DNA of 49,839 bases from Planctomycetota bacterium (GCA_038213805.1 JBBQSO010000035.1:1-49839); one strand, 5' to 3'. Shown: positions 28,770 through 39,264, counted from the first letter of the stretch. The notes: generated by a model from the letters alone, not told the origin. Program-made: numbers and translations.

Positions 28770-29539
28770 GCTTATTCTCTTCATCTGCCGACGAGGCTGT
28801 GCTGCCGCTGGTCACGGCCAAGGATGTTGCGCTTGCCTATGGCGGGCGCGGTATCCTGGCCGGAGTCGGCTTCCGCATCATGCCCGGTGAGTCGTGGTAC
28901 GTCATCGGGCCAAACGGCGCGGGCAAGAGTACCCTGCTCAAGGCCATTCTTGGCCTGCTCGCGCCGGTGACAGGCGGCATGGCTCTGGCGCGCGCGCTCG
29001 ACGACCGCCGGCGCCTTGGGTTCGTGCCGCAGCGGCTCGACCTGGCCGCGGGCGTGCCGACCACGGTGCGCGAGTTTGTCAGCCTGGGCTTTACTGGCCT
29101 GGGCCACGACCGGGCGACGCGGCGCCGGCTGCTCGATGCGGCTCTGGTGCGCGTCGGGCTATCCGGGCGCTGCGGCGCCGCGCTGATGGAGCTGTCCGGG
29201 GGTCAGCGTCAGCGTGCGGCGATCGCCCGCGCGCTGGTGCGCGAGCCGTTGCTGCTGGTGGTCGACGAGCCGACCACCGGCCTCGACCTGGTAGCGGAGC
29301 GCGACCTGCTCGCGCTGCTGGCCGCCCTCAACCGCGAGCAGGGCCTGACCATCGTCTTCGTCGCGCACGACTTGAGCATGGTGGCGCGCCACGCCAGCCA
29401 CGTTGCCCTGGTCGCCGGTGGCGCGGTCGCGGTCGGCACCGCCGCCGAGATCCTTACTGGCGAGCGCCTGAGCCAGGCCTTCGGCATCCCCATCAGTGTG
29501 CATCTGGACGACGGCGAGCGCGCCATCCGCATCGGGTAG
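28766..29539 (+). CDS. Metal ABC transporter ATP-binding protein (ZnuC-like)
   Basis: GPNGAGKST, LSGGQRQR, VVDEPTTGLD, VAHD; GTG overlaps the upstream stop. Confidence 0.92.
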   Translation: MSLFSSSADEAVLPLVTAKDVALAYGGRGILAGVGFRIMPGESWYVIGPNGAGKSTLLKAILGLLAPVTGGMALARALDDRRRLGFVPQRLDLAAGVPTTVREFVSLGFTGLGHDRATRRRLLDAALVRVGLSGRCGAALMELSGGQRQRAAIARALVREPLLLVVDEPTTGLDLVAERDLLALLAALNREQGLTIVFVAHDLSMVARHASHVALVAGGAVAVGTAAEILTGERLSQAFGIPISVHLDDGERAIRIG

Positions 29540-29546
29540 GACCACC

Positions 29547-30374
29547 ATGCTCAGCGACTTCATCTCCTCCTGGGCACTGTTCGCTGACGCCTGGGTGTCG
29601 GCGTGGCTGATCGCGGCGCTGCTCGGCCTGCTCGGTGTGGCAGTGCTGGCGCGGGGACAAATGTTCCTGGGTGCGGCGATGAGCCAGGCCGCGACCGCCG
29701 GCGTGGCCCTGGTGCTGGCGCTGTCAGGTGCGGTCAGTGCAGCATGGATCGCGAACGCCGACGCGATCATGGCGGTGGCAGGTGCCACCGCGACCGCACT
29801 GGTGTGCATGCTCGGGCGCGGGCACCGCGAGGCCATGCCGGCGTGGATCTTCCTGGCCTCGTCGGCGGACTCGGTGCTGCTGGTTGCGCACAGCGCGCAC
29901 GGCCTGGATGAGGTCAACCGCCTGCTCGCCTCAAGCCTGGTCGGCGCCACCCGCGGCGATGTGACGATGTTCTCTGGGCTACTCGCCTTGACCGTGGCGG
30001 TGGCGCTGATCTGCGGCCCGCAAATCAAGACCATGCTGCTGGACGTGCCCTTTGCGCTCGCCATCGGCATCCGCGTGACGCGCTGGGAAGCGCTGCTGGC
30101 CGTCGCCCTGGGCTGCGCAGTGGGCTGGTCGCTGCACGTCTCAGGCCTGCTCTACACCTTCGGCTGCCTGGTACTGCCCGCGATGACGGCGCGCGAACTG
30201 GTCGGCGAGGTCGGCGCCATGGCCAAGCTCGCCCCCCTGCTGGCCCTCGCCGCCGCCGCCGTCGCCACGGTGCTGGCCAACAGCTGGGACCTGCCCCCGG
30301 CGCAGGTCGCGGTGGCCATCCTCACCGGCATGGTCATGGCGGCCAAAGGCTGGCGGGCGCTTTCCCGACGGTGA
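29547..30374 (+). CDS. Metal ABC transporter permease (ZnuB/ABC-3-like)
   Basis: Multiple TM segments, F-GAAMSQAA--GVAL, GLLYTFGCLVLPA; operon position. Confidence 0.85.
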   Translation: MLSDFISSWALFADAWVSAWLIAALLGLLGVAVLARGQMFLGAAMSQAATAGVALVLALSGAVSAAWIANADAIMAVAGATATALVCMLGRGHREAMPAWIFLASSADSVLLVAHSAHGLDEVNRLLASSLVGATRGDVTMFSGLLALTVAVALICGPQIKTMLLDVPFALAIGIRVTRWEALLAVALGCAVGWSLHVSGLLYTFGCLVLPAMTARELVGEVGAMAKLAPLLALAAAAVATVLANSWDLPPAQVAVAILTGMVMAAKGWRALSRR

Positions 30375-30382
30375 GTTCGGAA

Positions 30383-30498
30383 GGATAGAACCGCAAAGAC
30401 GCCAAGACGCCAAGGCGCGAGCTACGCACAAACCCGCAGCGCCGCGCGAAAGGAGCAGCCCTGCTTTCGCGAACCTTGGCGTGTTGGCGCTTCTATCC
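30383..30498. repeat. Intergenic palindromic REP/MITE-like element
   Basis: GGATAGAA...CGCCAAGACGCCAAGG (30383-30415) pairs with CCTTGGCGTGTTGGCG-C-TTCTATCC (30474-30498). Inner hairpin CGCGAAAG/CTTTCGCG. Confidence 0.6.
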
Positions 30499-30547
30499 GT
30501 CTCCTGCGGGTTGAGTGTCGCTAACGACTCCTAGATTGTCATGGACG

Positions 30548-31531
30548 ATGATCTCCTCCCTGGCACTGGCGAAGCTCTGCGGGGTGTCGCAGGGCACCGT
30601 TGACCGCGCGCTGCATGACCGGCCGGGGATAAGCGCGGCGACGCGCGAGCGCATCCTGGCAGCGGCGCGGCAGCACGGCTATCTGCCCAATCCGGCGGTG
30701 CGCGAGATGCTCGGTCTGGCGGCCTCGACCACGGTCGGTGCGGTGGTGCCGGCCTGGTCGCTGCGCGCGCCCTTCTTCATGGAGCTGCTCAGCGGCATCG
30801 CCGAGCGCATCGCTGCTGACGGCCTGCGCCTGTCGCTGCACCTCGCCGATGCCGATCCGGCCGGCTTCGCTGCGGCCTGCACCGAGGTCGCCGCACGCCG
30901 CCCGCGCGGCCTGGCGGTGGTGCTGCCACCGACCGGCCTTGAGCTGCCGGCAAACGTGGTGCGTAGCCAGAAAGTGATCTCACTGCTGCTGCCCTGCGTG
31001 ACGCTGGGCGTGATCAACCTGCTGCCCGATGAGCAGGCGATCGGCGCAGCGGCGACCGGCCATCTGATCGCGCTCGGCCACCGCCGCATCGCCCATCTAC
31101 CCGGCCCTGCGCCCGGCCACTGGGCGACCCGTGAGCGTCTCGCCGGCTACCAGCGCGCGATGGCGAGCGCGCACTTGGATCCGCTGGTGATCCACGGTGC
31201 GGTGGAAGACGAGGTCGTGCTCGACCAGCTGCGCGGCGCCGGTGCGACGGCCGCGTTCTGCCATAGCGATCCCATGGCGCTCTCGTTGATCCGCCGCCTG
31301 CGTGTCGCGGGGATGCGCGTGCCCGAAGACTTGGCGGTGATGGGCGTCGATCGCAGCCCACTGGTCGCCGCGTTCGCTCCAGAGTTGGCCAGCATCGCCT
31401 TCCCCTTCGCCGCGCTCGCAGCGCAGATGGCCGCCACGCTGATGGACCGGCCGCTGCCGCCACTGCCAGCGCCGGTGGTGGTGCCGGGGGCGACGGCGGC
31501 TGCGCCTTCACCCGCCGCGCCGGGCCGCTAG
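30548..31531 (+). CDS. LacI family transcriptional regulator
   Basis: HTH LAKLCGVSQGTVDRALHDRPGIS..TRERIL, HLIALGHRRIAH, RVPEDLAVMGVD. The start may be 30515. Confidence 0.9.
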   Translation: MISSLALAKLCGVSQGTVDRALHDRPGISAATRERILAAARQHGYLPNPAVREMLGLAASTTVGAVVPAWSLRAPFFMELLSGIAERIAADGLRLSLHLADADPAGFAAACTEVAARRPRGLAVVLPPTGLELPANVVRSQKVISLLLPCVTLGVINLLPDEQAIGAAATGHLIALGHRRIAHLPGPAPGHWATRERLAGYQRAMASAHLDPLVIHGAVEDEVVLDQLRGAGATAAFCHSDPMALSLIRRLRVAGMRVPEDLAVMGVDRSPLVAAFAPELASIAFPFAALAAQMAATLMDRPLPPLPAPVVVPGATAAAPSPAAPGR

Positions 31532-31541
31532 CCTGCACTGC

Positions 31542-31964
31542 GTGCAACGCCCGCCCCTGCTCCGCCTCGGCGCCCTGCTGCTGGTCGCGCTGCTGACGAT
31601 CGGCCACGCCGCGGGCGTGCAGCTGGTCGCGTGGGCCTGCATGTTCGCCAGCCAGCTGCCGACCGCCTCGGTGGGTCAGGCGCTGACCAGCACCCTGGAT
31701 GGGTCGCGGCCCTGCGGCCTGTGCTTGGTCGCGAAATCGCTGGCGACCCAGGAGCAGACGGCGCCCAGCGCTGGCGGTACGGCGGGCAAGCAGTCGCTCC
31801 TGACCGTAAAGATCGTGAAGACGCCGGATTGGCATCTGGGCGAGACCCTGCTGCCGCCGCCGGGAACCGGGTCTGCCGCGGTGGAGACGCGCCCAGCGGC
31901 GACCGTGGTCCTTGTAGGTCACGAACCCCAGCCGCCGAGCCCGCCACCACGGATAGACGGCTAG
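31542..31964 (+). CDS. DUF2946-like upstream ORF (TM/signal, CxxC, C-terminal polyproline)
   Basis: Hydrophobic N-terminus, LDGSRPCGLC, ends PQPPSPPPRIDG; upstream of a beta-barrel transporter. Confidence 0.7.
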   Translation: MQRPPLLRLGALLLVALLTIGHAAGVQLVAWACMFASQLPTASVGQALTSTLDGSRPCGLCLVAKSLATQEQTAPSAGGTAGKQSLLTVKIVKTPDWHLGETLLPPPGTGSAAVETRPAATVVLVGHEPQPPSPPPRIDG

Positions 31965-32108
31965 CAGCGATCGTCGCGCCGTCCGCCACCACTGGGCCGG
32001 CGCCCCTGCCGCTCACGCGGCGACGCTCCCGGGAATGGCGCCCCGAAGCAACACCACCATGCCCATTTACCCAGCGCCCGGACCCGCTCCGCAGGCGCCA
32101 AGGTTCCC

Positions 32109-33095
32109 ATGCACATCTCCCCCGCCACCACGCCCTCCCACCTGAAGTGCCTCCGGCTGCAGCACATGCTGACCGCCAGCCTTGCCGCGTTCGCGGGCGG
32201 CGCAGCGGCCTGCGACTCGTGCGGCTGCCATCTGCCGCCCGAACTTGGTATGCCGCACGCCGGGCTCAGCCTCGGGATCTTCGAGCAGTACACCGACTTC
32301 AGCACCCTCCAGGAGGAAGGCCGGAAGATCGACAATCCCCACGGCCAGTGGATGCACAGTTCGACCACCCAACTGATCGCCGGCTGGCGCTTCGATGACG
32401 CCTACGCGCTGAACCTGTTCGTGCCCTACATTAGCCGCTCATTCAGGCGGCCTAACAACGGCGTGGAGGAGACCGGCACCATCGCCGGCCTGGGCGACGT
32501 CTCACTGCTTGGCACGGCGCGCGTCTGGCACGTGCAGAATGGCGACAGCGCGGGCTCGCTCTCGCTGCGCGCGGGGGTCGAGGCGCCGACCGGCGACCCT
32601 GGGCAGCTGCAGTCGGAACGCGATGGTGGCGGCGATGAGGATCCAGACAACGCGATTGGCGGTCACGATCTCGCCCTGGGCAGCGGTTCGTGGGACGCTG
32701 TCGGCGGCGCTACGGCGATCGGGCGGGTAGACGCCTGGTACGGAGTAGTGCAGATCCTGGGCACCTGGCACAGCGAGGGCGCCTACCAGTACCGCATGGC
32801 CAATGAAATCAGTGCCACCGTCAGCGCCGGCTACTACCTGTGGCAAGATGGGCGCAGCCATGTCGCCGCCCAGATCAACCTGGAAGGCGAGAGCAAGGGC
32901 CAGGACACCGTCGCCGGTGAGGCGACCGACGATACCGCTAACCACAACCTGTTCATCGGCCCCGAGATCGCAGCGCTCATCGCTGGGAAGTGGTCGGCGA
33001 TCGTCGCCGTCGACCTGCCGATAAGCGCGCGCAACTCGGCCGTCCAGCTGGTGCCGACCTGGCGCCTGCGCGCGGGCGCCAGCTGGGCGTTTTGA
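32109..33095 (+). CDS. Outer-membrane beta-barrel transporter (MetA-pathway-like) with N-terminal CxxCxC
   Basis: Signal peptide then CDSCGC; GLGDVSLL, GVEAPTG, LGSGSWD; C-terminal aromatic residue (SWAF). Confidence 0.8.
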   Translation: MHISPATTPSHLKCLRLQHMLTASLAAFAGGAAACDSCGCHLPPELGMPHAGLSLGIFEQYTDFSTLQEEGRKIDNPHGQWMHSSTTQLIAGWRFDDAYALNLFVPYISRSFRRPNNGVEETGTIAGLGDVSLLGTARVWHVQNGDSAGSLSLRAGVEAPTGDPGQLQSERDGGGDEDPDNAIGGHDLALGSGSWDAVGGATAIGRVDAWYGVVQILGTWHSEGAYQYRMANEISATVSAGYYLWQDGRSHVAAQINLEGESKGQDTVAGEATDDTANHNLFIGPEIAALIAGKWSAIVAVDLPISARNSAVQLVPTWRLRAGASWAF

Positions 33096-33316
33096 ATCCG
33101 CGCTGCACCCGACCGAAGCGGATCAGCGCCGCATCACTGCGGTCATCCGCCGTGCGGTCTGCCGCAGGCGCGGAGAGTCTGGCGCATGGACTCGGCGGGC
33201 GTGTTGCCGGAGACCCACGCGCCCCAGGCCATCGTGTGGATATTCAAGGTCGGCGTCCCTTCTGTGGCATGCACTGCCGACGAGGGAAGCTCAGCGCGGG
33301 CGTACGTGCCATCCAC

Positions 33317-34945
33317 TCACCAGAGCCGGAACACCGGCACCAGCACGAACCACATGATGTAGGACAAGGTCGCGGCCAGAAGACCGTCCATGCGTCCGAC
33401 CGGCGCCGTCGCGCGCAGGTAGCGGATCAGCAACCACGCGATGAGCACCAGGTGCGGCGCACTCATCGCCCAGATCCCATGATAGACGTGGGCGGTGGAC
33501 GCCAGGTCGCCGAGCACCGCCGCGGCTATGCCTGATGCGACGATGCTGGTCAGCGCGAGCGCCGCAGCGCGACGGGTGCCCAGGCGCACCGCGATGGTAC
33601 GCTTTCCGGCCAGGCGGTCGGCCGTCAGGTCGGGGATGCCGGCGATGACGATGGCCGGGAAGATCGCCAGGACCAAGGGCAGGCCCAGCAGCCACGGGAC
33701 TGGCGCCGACCACGCGCCCCCCTGCAGCATGGCGCCGAGGATCAGCACGAACCAGCCGTGCGTGATCGCAACGTCCACCTCGCCCAGGCCACGGTAGCAC
33801 AGGCGCAGTGGGCGCGCGGTGTAACCGAGGCAGAGCAGCGCACCTGCGGCGAACCAGATGATCGCGTCCCAGCGCCAGCCAGCGGCATTGCTGGCTGCCA
33901 TAGCCATCGCAGCCGCCCCAGTCGTGACGCAGACCGCCGCGACGCCCCTGAGCGACCCAACGCGCAGACGCCCCTCGACCAGCACGCGCGAACCCCCCGT
34001 GAAGGGCCCGTGGTTACCATTGATGCGGTCGCTATCTTGATCTTCGAGTTCATTGATCAGCACGGTCCCCACCTCAAGCAGGAAGATCGCAACGTAACCC
34101 ATGAGGTAGCCGCGTAGATCAAGCACCCCGCGCCCTTCACCGCGCGCCGCGATCAGCGCCCCGAGGGTGTAGGCCAACCAGGACATCGGATAGAATTGCA
34201 GGCGTAACGCCGCCAGCCATACCCGCAGCACCCGCACTATGCGCGCGAGATGCGTTTCAATGGTTCCGGGAAGCCCGCGGCCAAGCGACTCGCAACGCGC
34301 CAGCCAAGCTGCTCGCTGGGTTGGTGATGAATGGCTGACCGGACCGAAGCGTTCCACGCCGATGGGTCCAATGCCGCAGAATCCGAGGGTATCGCGGCGC
34401 AGCGCGACGGCACCGGGTCCACGCAGGATCCAGCGGTAGGCCCACGGCGGCGTGTCCATGGTCATGAGCAGCTGGGCGGACCGCCCGCGCAGCAATCCCG
34501 TGAAACCCTGTCCACCCTCCCGCTCGGCGAAGGCGAAGCCCGGTGCGAGCAGGCGGTCGAGAAACCCCTTGAGCAGCGCTGGCATGCTGCCCCACCACAC
34601 GGGATACACGAAGACTACGTGCTGGGACCAGAGCAGATGCTCACGTGCGAGACGGACATCCGGCTCGACCATTTGCAGAGCGAATTCCCGCTCGCGGACG
34701 CTGAGGTCGTATACCAGAGACGCGAGATCCATGCGCCGAACGTCAGCCCCGGCGGCAGTCGCACCGCGCTCGAAGGCATCAGCGAGTGCGGTGCACAAGC
34801 TGCCCAATCGGGGGTGTCCGACAATGATGAGGGTGCGGAATGCGATGACACCGGGGCCAGAGTGCTCACCTCCACCCCCTGTCGGATGCGCATGCACACC
34901 TGACTCAGGCTCGCCTGAATCCACTGCCGGGTTGCTGCGCTGCAC
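33317..34945 (-). CDS. Fusion of flavodoxin-fold NAD(P)H:quinone oxidoreductase and UbiA/MenA-family prenyltransferase
   Basis: N-half IVGHP...FVYPVWWGSMPALLKGFLDR; C-half NELEDQDSD...GPFTGGSR and PDLTADRLAGKRT with TM helices. Exact start uncertain. Confidence 0.85.
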   Translation of the reverse strand: MQRSNPAVDSGEPESGVHAHPTGGGGEHSGPGVIAFRTLIIVGHPRLGSLCTALADAFERGATAAGADVRRMDLASLVYDLSVREREFALQMVEPDVRLAREHLLWSQHVVFVYPVWWGSMPALLKGFLDRLLAPGFAFAEREGGQGFTGLLRGRSAQLLMTMDTPPWAYRWILRGPGAVALRRDTLGFCGIGPIGVERFGPVSHSSPTQRAAWLARCESLGRGLPGTIETHLARIVRVLRVWLAALRLQFYPMSWLAYTLGALIAARGEGRGVLDLRGYLMGYVAIFLLEVGTVLINELEDQDSDRINGNHGPFTGGSRVLVEGRLRVGSLRGVAAVCVTTGAAAMAMAASNAAGWRWDAIIWFAAGALLCLGYTARPLRLCYRGLGEVDVAITHGWFVLILGAMLQGGAWSAPVPWLLGLPLVLAIFPAIVIAGIPDLTADRLAGKRTIAVRLGTRRAAALALTSIVASGIAAAVLGDLASTAHVYHGIWAMSAPHLVLIAWLLIRYLRATAPVGRMDGLLAATLSYIMWFVLVPVFRLW

Positions 34946-34954
34946 GCAGCACGC

Positions 34955-35479
34955 TCAATTGCTGTCAGCGATCTTCCTAACGTGCTGAAGGTGCGCTTCG
35001 AGGGTGGGCAGGGTCTCCGCGGCGAAGCCGCGCAGTTCAGTATCCTTGCCGTCTTTGCTCTCGTCGGTGAACAGTTCAACGGCCTGCTTGTGACCTTTCA
35101 GCTGCGCAGCAACGTACTCCTTTCCAAAATCCTTGTCGGTGGCGGTGCCAAGGGCGTCGAGCATCTCCTGGTGCTGCTTGTCCAAGTCGCTCGCGATGAC
35201 GATGCCTTTCTTCCCTGCCACCGCGGCGAGTTCGGCGTTCGCCTTGGTATGGTCGGCAATCATCTGGCGAGCGAATGCCTGCTCGGCACTGCCGACGCCG
35301 CGTTTGATGGCCAGTTCAGAACTCCGCACCTCGAACATACCGGCCTGTGAGGCCTTCTCGACGAAGGCGAGATCGCCCTTGTCAACGACTGGCTTCGCAG
35401 TGGGGAGGACGTCGGCTCCTTGCATGTGCGCGGCGCAGGCGAACAGAGCGGCAACAAGGGCAGTGGAGAGGATTTTCAT
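34955..35479 (-). CDS. DUF4142 domain secreted protein
   Basis: Signal peptide; FVEKASQAGMFEV..S.LA, FARQMIADHTKAN, H--AV-LF, FAAETLPTLEAHL. Confidence 0.9.
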   Translation of the reverse strand: MKILSTALVAALFACAAHMQGADVLPTAKPVVDKGDLAFVEKASQAGMFEVRSSELAIKRGVGSAEQAFARQMIADHTKANAELAAVAGKKGIVIASDLDKQHQEMLDALGTATDKDFGKEYVAAQLKGHKQAVELFTDESKDGKDTELRGFAAETLPTLEAHLQHVRKIADSN

Positions 35480-35545
35480 GGGTATTTTCCTAGTGAATGA
35501 GACTTAGATACGGACGAACCGCGCCCGGCTCTCTCATGAAGGGAG

Positions 35546-35562
35546 AGCCATGCGTGTGCCAA
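35546..35562 (-). promoter_or_regulatory. sigma54-type -24/-12 promoter (DUF4142 operon)
   Basis: TTGGCACACGCATGGCT (GG-N10-GC). Confidence 0.75.
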
Positions 35563-35673
35563 TGAAGAGTCAGCCCATGTGCCGTGCCTGAAGGGCATGA
35601 CATTGCAGAGCGCATGTACGAGTCTAGCCGTCTCCCGCGTTCTGCATGGGACGTGCGACCAAGTCCGCGCTGG

Positions 35674-37776
35674 TCAGCGCCCCCAGTGCCGATGCATGCC
35701 GATGGCCGCGATGAAGAGCGCATTGAACTCTTTCCCGACCGCGCCGAAGACCACGCCGGGATCCGCCGCCGGGTCACCGACTACCGCACTCTCCTCCTTC
35801 GTTCCCCAAACAGCACTGAAGCGCCGGGCGTTACCGGCAAGGGCGATGGCCTTGCCGTGACGATATGCCTCCAACACGAAGCGGCGCGCCTGCGGGTCGG
35901 CATAGAGCGCAGTGAGTCCCACCTCGCCTGAGGGTACCGCGACGCCATCGTACATGACCGACGCGGCGGTAAGGAAGCTCTTGTCGACCACGACCGCCTT
36001 ACCGTCCTCGTCGTCGATCGCGCCCAGCGTTCCCGCGATGATCTCGACCACCGCCCCACCGGCCACCATTACCTTACGCAAGGTCGCGATATCCCGACCG
36101 GACGAACCCTCTGCCGCCAATATCGCGACCTTGCGGGTGGCGATGCTGCCAGGCACTGTGATCGCAAGGCTGAGGGCCGGTGACGTGGTCGGCTGCCCGG
36201 GTAGCTGCGCAGGCGCATGGAGTCTGCCTGCCGGGGGCGGGACGCCGATCGCGGCCGCCACCTCGCGCGCCACCTCAAGCGACGCCGGGGCGAGGATCTC
36301 GTTGATCACGCGACTGCGGATTTCGGGCCGCTCGACCTTCCCCAGTTCGAAGCGGAAAGCGTCGACCAAGTGCTGCCGTTCCGGGGCAGAGAGGCTGTTC
36401 ACGAACAGCGTGGCTTGGCTGAAGTGGTCCGAGAAACTGCCGCTGCGCTTGCGCAGCTTCTGCCCATCGATGCGTTCGCGCACGTGGGCGAAGGCACCGG
36501 GCCCGGACGCCGCCTTGGGCATGCCACCGGCGATGGAGTTCGGGTGGTAATTGGCCTCAGAGGTCGGGATCGTCTGCCTTCCGAAGCCGTCCTGCTGGTG
36601 GTTGTGCACCGGCACGATGGGGCGATTGATCGGCAGTTCGGCGAAATTAGGACCGCCCAGGCGGGTGAGCTGGGTATCGAGGTAAGAGAACAACCGCGCC
36701 TGCATGAGTGGATCGTCCGTGACGTCGATGCCCGGCACCAAATTCGCAACGCAGAAGGCCACCTGTTCGACTTCCGAGAAGTAATTGGAGGGGTTGCGCG
36801 TCAGAGTCATCTTGCCGACCAGCCGCACCGGGACGAGCTCCTCGGGCAGCAGCTTGGTCGGGTCGAGCAGGTCGAAGCCGTAACGCAGCGCATCGGTCTC
36901 CGGCACCACCTGCATGCCGAGTTCATATTCGGGGAACGCCCCGGCGGAGATCGCGTCCCACAGATCGCGGCGGTGGAAATCGGGGTCGCGACCGGCAATC
37001 AGTTGCGCCTCGTCCCACACCAGCGCATGGGCACCCAACTTCGGTTTCCAGTGGAACTTCACCAGGTGGGTCTCGCCCGCGGCGTTGACCAGGCGGAAGG
37101 TGTGGACGCCGAAGCCCTCCATCATGCGGTAGCTGCGCGGCAGGGCGCGGTCCGACATCACCCACATCACCATGTGCGCGGTCTCGGGCATCAGCGACAC
37201 GAAGTCCCAGAAACTATCGTGTGCCGAGGCCGCCTGCGGGATCTCCTTGCGTGGATCCGGCTTGAGCGCGTGCACCAGGTCGGGGAACTTGATGCCGTCC
37301 TGGATGAAGAATACTGGCATATTGTTGCCGACGAGGTCGAAGTTACCCTCGGTGGTGTAGAACTTGGCGGCGAATCCACGCACATCGCGCGCGGTGTCCG
37401 CAGAGCCGCGCGACCCGACCACAGTGGAGAAACGCACAAACACAGGTGTCGGGACCTTCGGGTCCTGCAGAAATGCGGCTGAGGTCAAGCCGGCCAGCGA
37501 CTCGTAGACCTGGAAATGGCCGTGTGCGCCCGCGCCGCGCGCGTGCACGACGCGTTCGGGGATGCGCTCGTGATCAAAGCGCATGATCTTCTCACGCAGG
37601 TGGAAGTCCTCGAGCAGCGTCGGTCCGCGCTCACCGGCCTTGAGCGAATCCTCGGTGCCGGCGATGCGCAGGCCCTGGTCGGTGGTCTGCACGGCACCCT
37701 GCGCATCCTCGTGGAAAATTTCGAGCTGCTGCTCCTTGGCATCGGTCGGAGAGGGTTTGCGCGGGGATGGGCTCAT
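35674..37776 (-). CDS. katE: Catalase HPII (large-subunit clade 2, C-terminal DJ-1-like domain)
   Basis: [41 protein letters not shown]; 700 aa. Confidence 0.97.
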   Translation of the reverse strand: MSPSPRKPSPTDAKEQQLEIFHEDAQGAVQTTDQGLRIAGTEDSLKAGERGPTLLEDFHLREKIMRFDHERIPERVVHARGAGAHGHFQVYESLAGLTSAAFLQDPKVPTPVFVRFSTVVGSRGSADTARDVRGFAAKFYTTEGNFDLVGNNMPVFFIQDGIKFPDLVHALKPDPRKEIPQAASAHDSFWDFVSLMPETAHMVMWVMSDRALPRSYRMMEGFGVHTFRLVNAAGETHLVKFHWKPKLGAHALVWDEAQLIAGRDPDFHRRDLWDAISAGAFPEYELGMQVVPETDALRYGFDLLDPTKLLPEELVPVRLVGKMTLTRNPSNYFSEVEQVAFCVANLVPGIDVTDDPLMQARLFSYLDTQLTRLGGPNFAELPINRPIVPVHNHQQDGFGRQTIPTSEANYHPNSIAGGMPKAASGPGAFAHVRERIDGQKLRKRSGSFSDHFSQATLFVNSLSAPERQHLVDAFRFELGKVERPEIRSRVINEILAPASLEVAREVAAAIGVPPPAGRLHAPAQLPGQPTTSPALSLAITVPGSIATRKVAILAAEGSSGRDIATLRKVMVAGGAVVEIIAGTLGAIDDEDGKAVVVDKSFLTAASVMYDGVAVPSGEVGLTALYADPQARRFVLEAYRHGKAIALAGNARRFSAVWGTKEESAVVGDPAADPGVVFGAVGKEFNALFIAAIGMHRHWGR

Positions 37777-37848
37777 CGGATTTCCGAGGTATGTGGTTTG
37801 CGAGGTATGAGAATCGCGCGGAGGTCGGCGGCGATCCTCTACCAGCCT

Positions 37849-37865
37849 AGCCCGCGGTGTGCCAA
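37849..37865 (-). promoter_or_regulatory. sigma54-type promoter (katE)
   Basis: TTGGCACACCGCGGGCT. Confidence 0.75.
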
Positions 37866-38220
37866 GGATGCCGAGCGGCCGTCAGGCATCGGATGTCCAC
37901 CTCGACCAGGTATAGTACAGCGCCTCGGCCGCGAACTTCAGCAAATCAGATACTCTCACGGATGTGCCGTCGTGCAAAATTACTGGTCCGGCAACGGTGC
38001 TCACCAGCATCATGCATTCCACGCGCGTACGCTTCGCATCGCGTGTGAATTAATGATTAATAAAGGGTTAGCAGGCGTGCGGGTTATAGCGGTCCGGAGT
38101 TGGTCAATAGAGTATGATCCGCAAATCACAGGTGCGCGCCATCACCGTGCGAAGCTCTTCCGAACGGTCAGAGTCGTTCCGTCAATGTGAGACATCCCCT
38201 AGTCAAGGCGACGGGCGCAT

Positions 38221-38237
38221 TTGGCACAGGACGGGCT
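38221..38237 (+). promoter_or_regulatory. sigma54-type promoter (membrane protein gene)
   Basis: TTGGCACAGGACGGGCT. Confidence 0.75.
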
Positions 38238-38283
38238 TACAGGCCTGGACTTGAGATCCTCTCCCAAACCCCCCGGAGCTCCC

Positions 38284-39240
38284 ATGAACATCGTCGTCCC
38301 TCCCGCCGCGACCACTCACCATGAGGTGGTACAATTAAGCAGCGCCAACCGCCCGACCATCTCCTGGGCCGCCGTGCTCGGAGGCATGGCGGTATCCATC
38401 GCGGTACAGGTCGCACTCGCAGAGGCCTGCATCGCCGCCGGTCTCTCGCTCTACACCCCCTTCGACCCCGCCAGCAGCCCGGGTAAGGCAGGTGCAGTCG
38501 CCGCTATCGCGGGGCTGGTGTGCGCGGTGCTGGCTCTATTCCTCGGTGGCTGGGTCGCTGGTCGCCTTGCCCACTACCAATCGCGCGTGGTCGCCGCCCT
38601 GCACGGCACCCTGGTCTGGGCGCTAGGCGCGCTCATCGCCGGCGCGCTTATCGCCACTGCCCTGGGCATGCTCGCCGGCGGCGCGATGTCGATGGTGGGC
38701 GAAGGCCTCAAGGGCGCCGCCACCGCGGTCCCCGCCATCGCCCAGATCGCCGCCCCCTCGTGGGACGAGATCCGCAAGCAGGTGCAGGATGGTGTTGCCA
38801 AGGCGAACGCCGCTGCTGCCCCGGGCAGCAATGATACGCGCTTCGCCGACCAGGCGCGCCTTGGTGAGCTGCTCACCAACTCCTTCACCATCGATGGCGC
38901 CAAGGGTCTGCCTGATGACCAGCGCAACGAGCTGACCGGCCTGCTTTCGTCGCAGCTGGGCATCAGCCGCGAGGCCGCGCAGAAGGCACTGGCCCAGTGG
39001 CAGTCGACGTGGAAGCAGGCGGTCGACAAGTACACGGCCGCCAAGCAGGAAGCGGAGGACAAGGCCAAGGCTGCCGCCGTCGCCGCGCGTGATTACACCA
39101 TGCGCGCCGCCGCGGCCGGCTTCGCGCTGATGCTGATCGGTGCTGCAGCTGCGACTGTCGGTGGCCTGTGCGGCGCTGCGGTCAACCGCCGCCGCGATGA
39201 GGCCATCGCTGTCGTGCACGGACGCGCGATTCCTACCTGA
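38284..39240 (+). CDS. Conserved membrane protein of the stress-associated 'ISW-AV-GG...AGRLA...HG-LVW' type
   Basis: ISWAAVLGG, LFLGGWVAGRLA, LHGTLVWAL; several TM segments with a helical soluble insert; GGAG RBS. Confidence 0.8.
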   Translation: MNIVVPPAATTHHEVVQLSSANRPTISWAAVLGGMAVSIAVQVALAEACIAAGLSLYTPFDPASSPGKAGAVAAIAGLVCAVLALFLGGWVAGRLAHYQSRVVAALHGTLVWALGALIAGALIATALGMLAGGAMSMVGEGLKGAATAVPAIAQIAAPSWDEIRKQVQDGVAKANAAAAPGSNDTRFADQARLGELLTNSFTIDGAKGLPDDQRNELTGLLSSQLGISREAAQKALAQWQSTWKQAVDKYTAAKQEAEDKAKAAAVAARDYTMRAAAAGFALMLIGAAAATVGGLCGAAVNRRRDEAIAVVHGRAIPT

Positions 39241-39264
39241 GCTGATTCGAATTCAGGTGAAATG

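Noticed and set aside
30513..30530. Imperfect palindrome GTCGCTAACGAC upstream of the LacI gene as an operator
   Set aside because: Short, single and not CG-centred like typical LacI operators; insufficient evidence.
37882..38013. 43-codon minus-strand ORF (MMLVSTVAGP...) upstream of katE
   Set aside because: No RBS or homology evidence; it lies in the regulatory region between divergent promoters.
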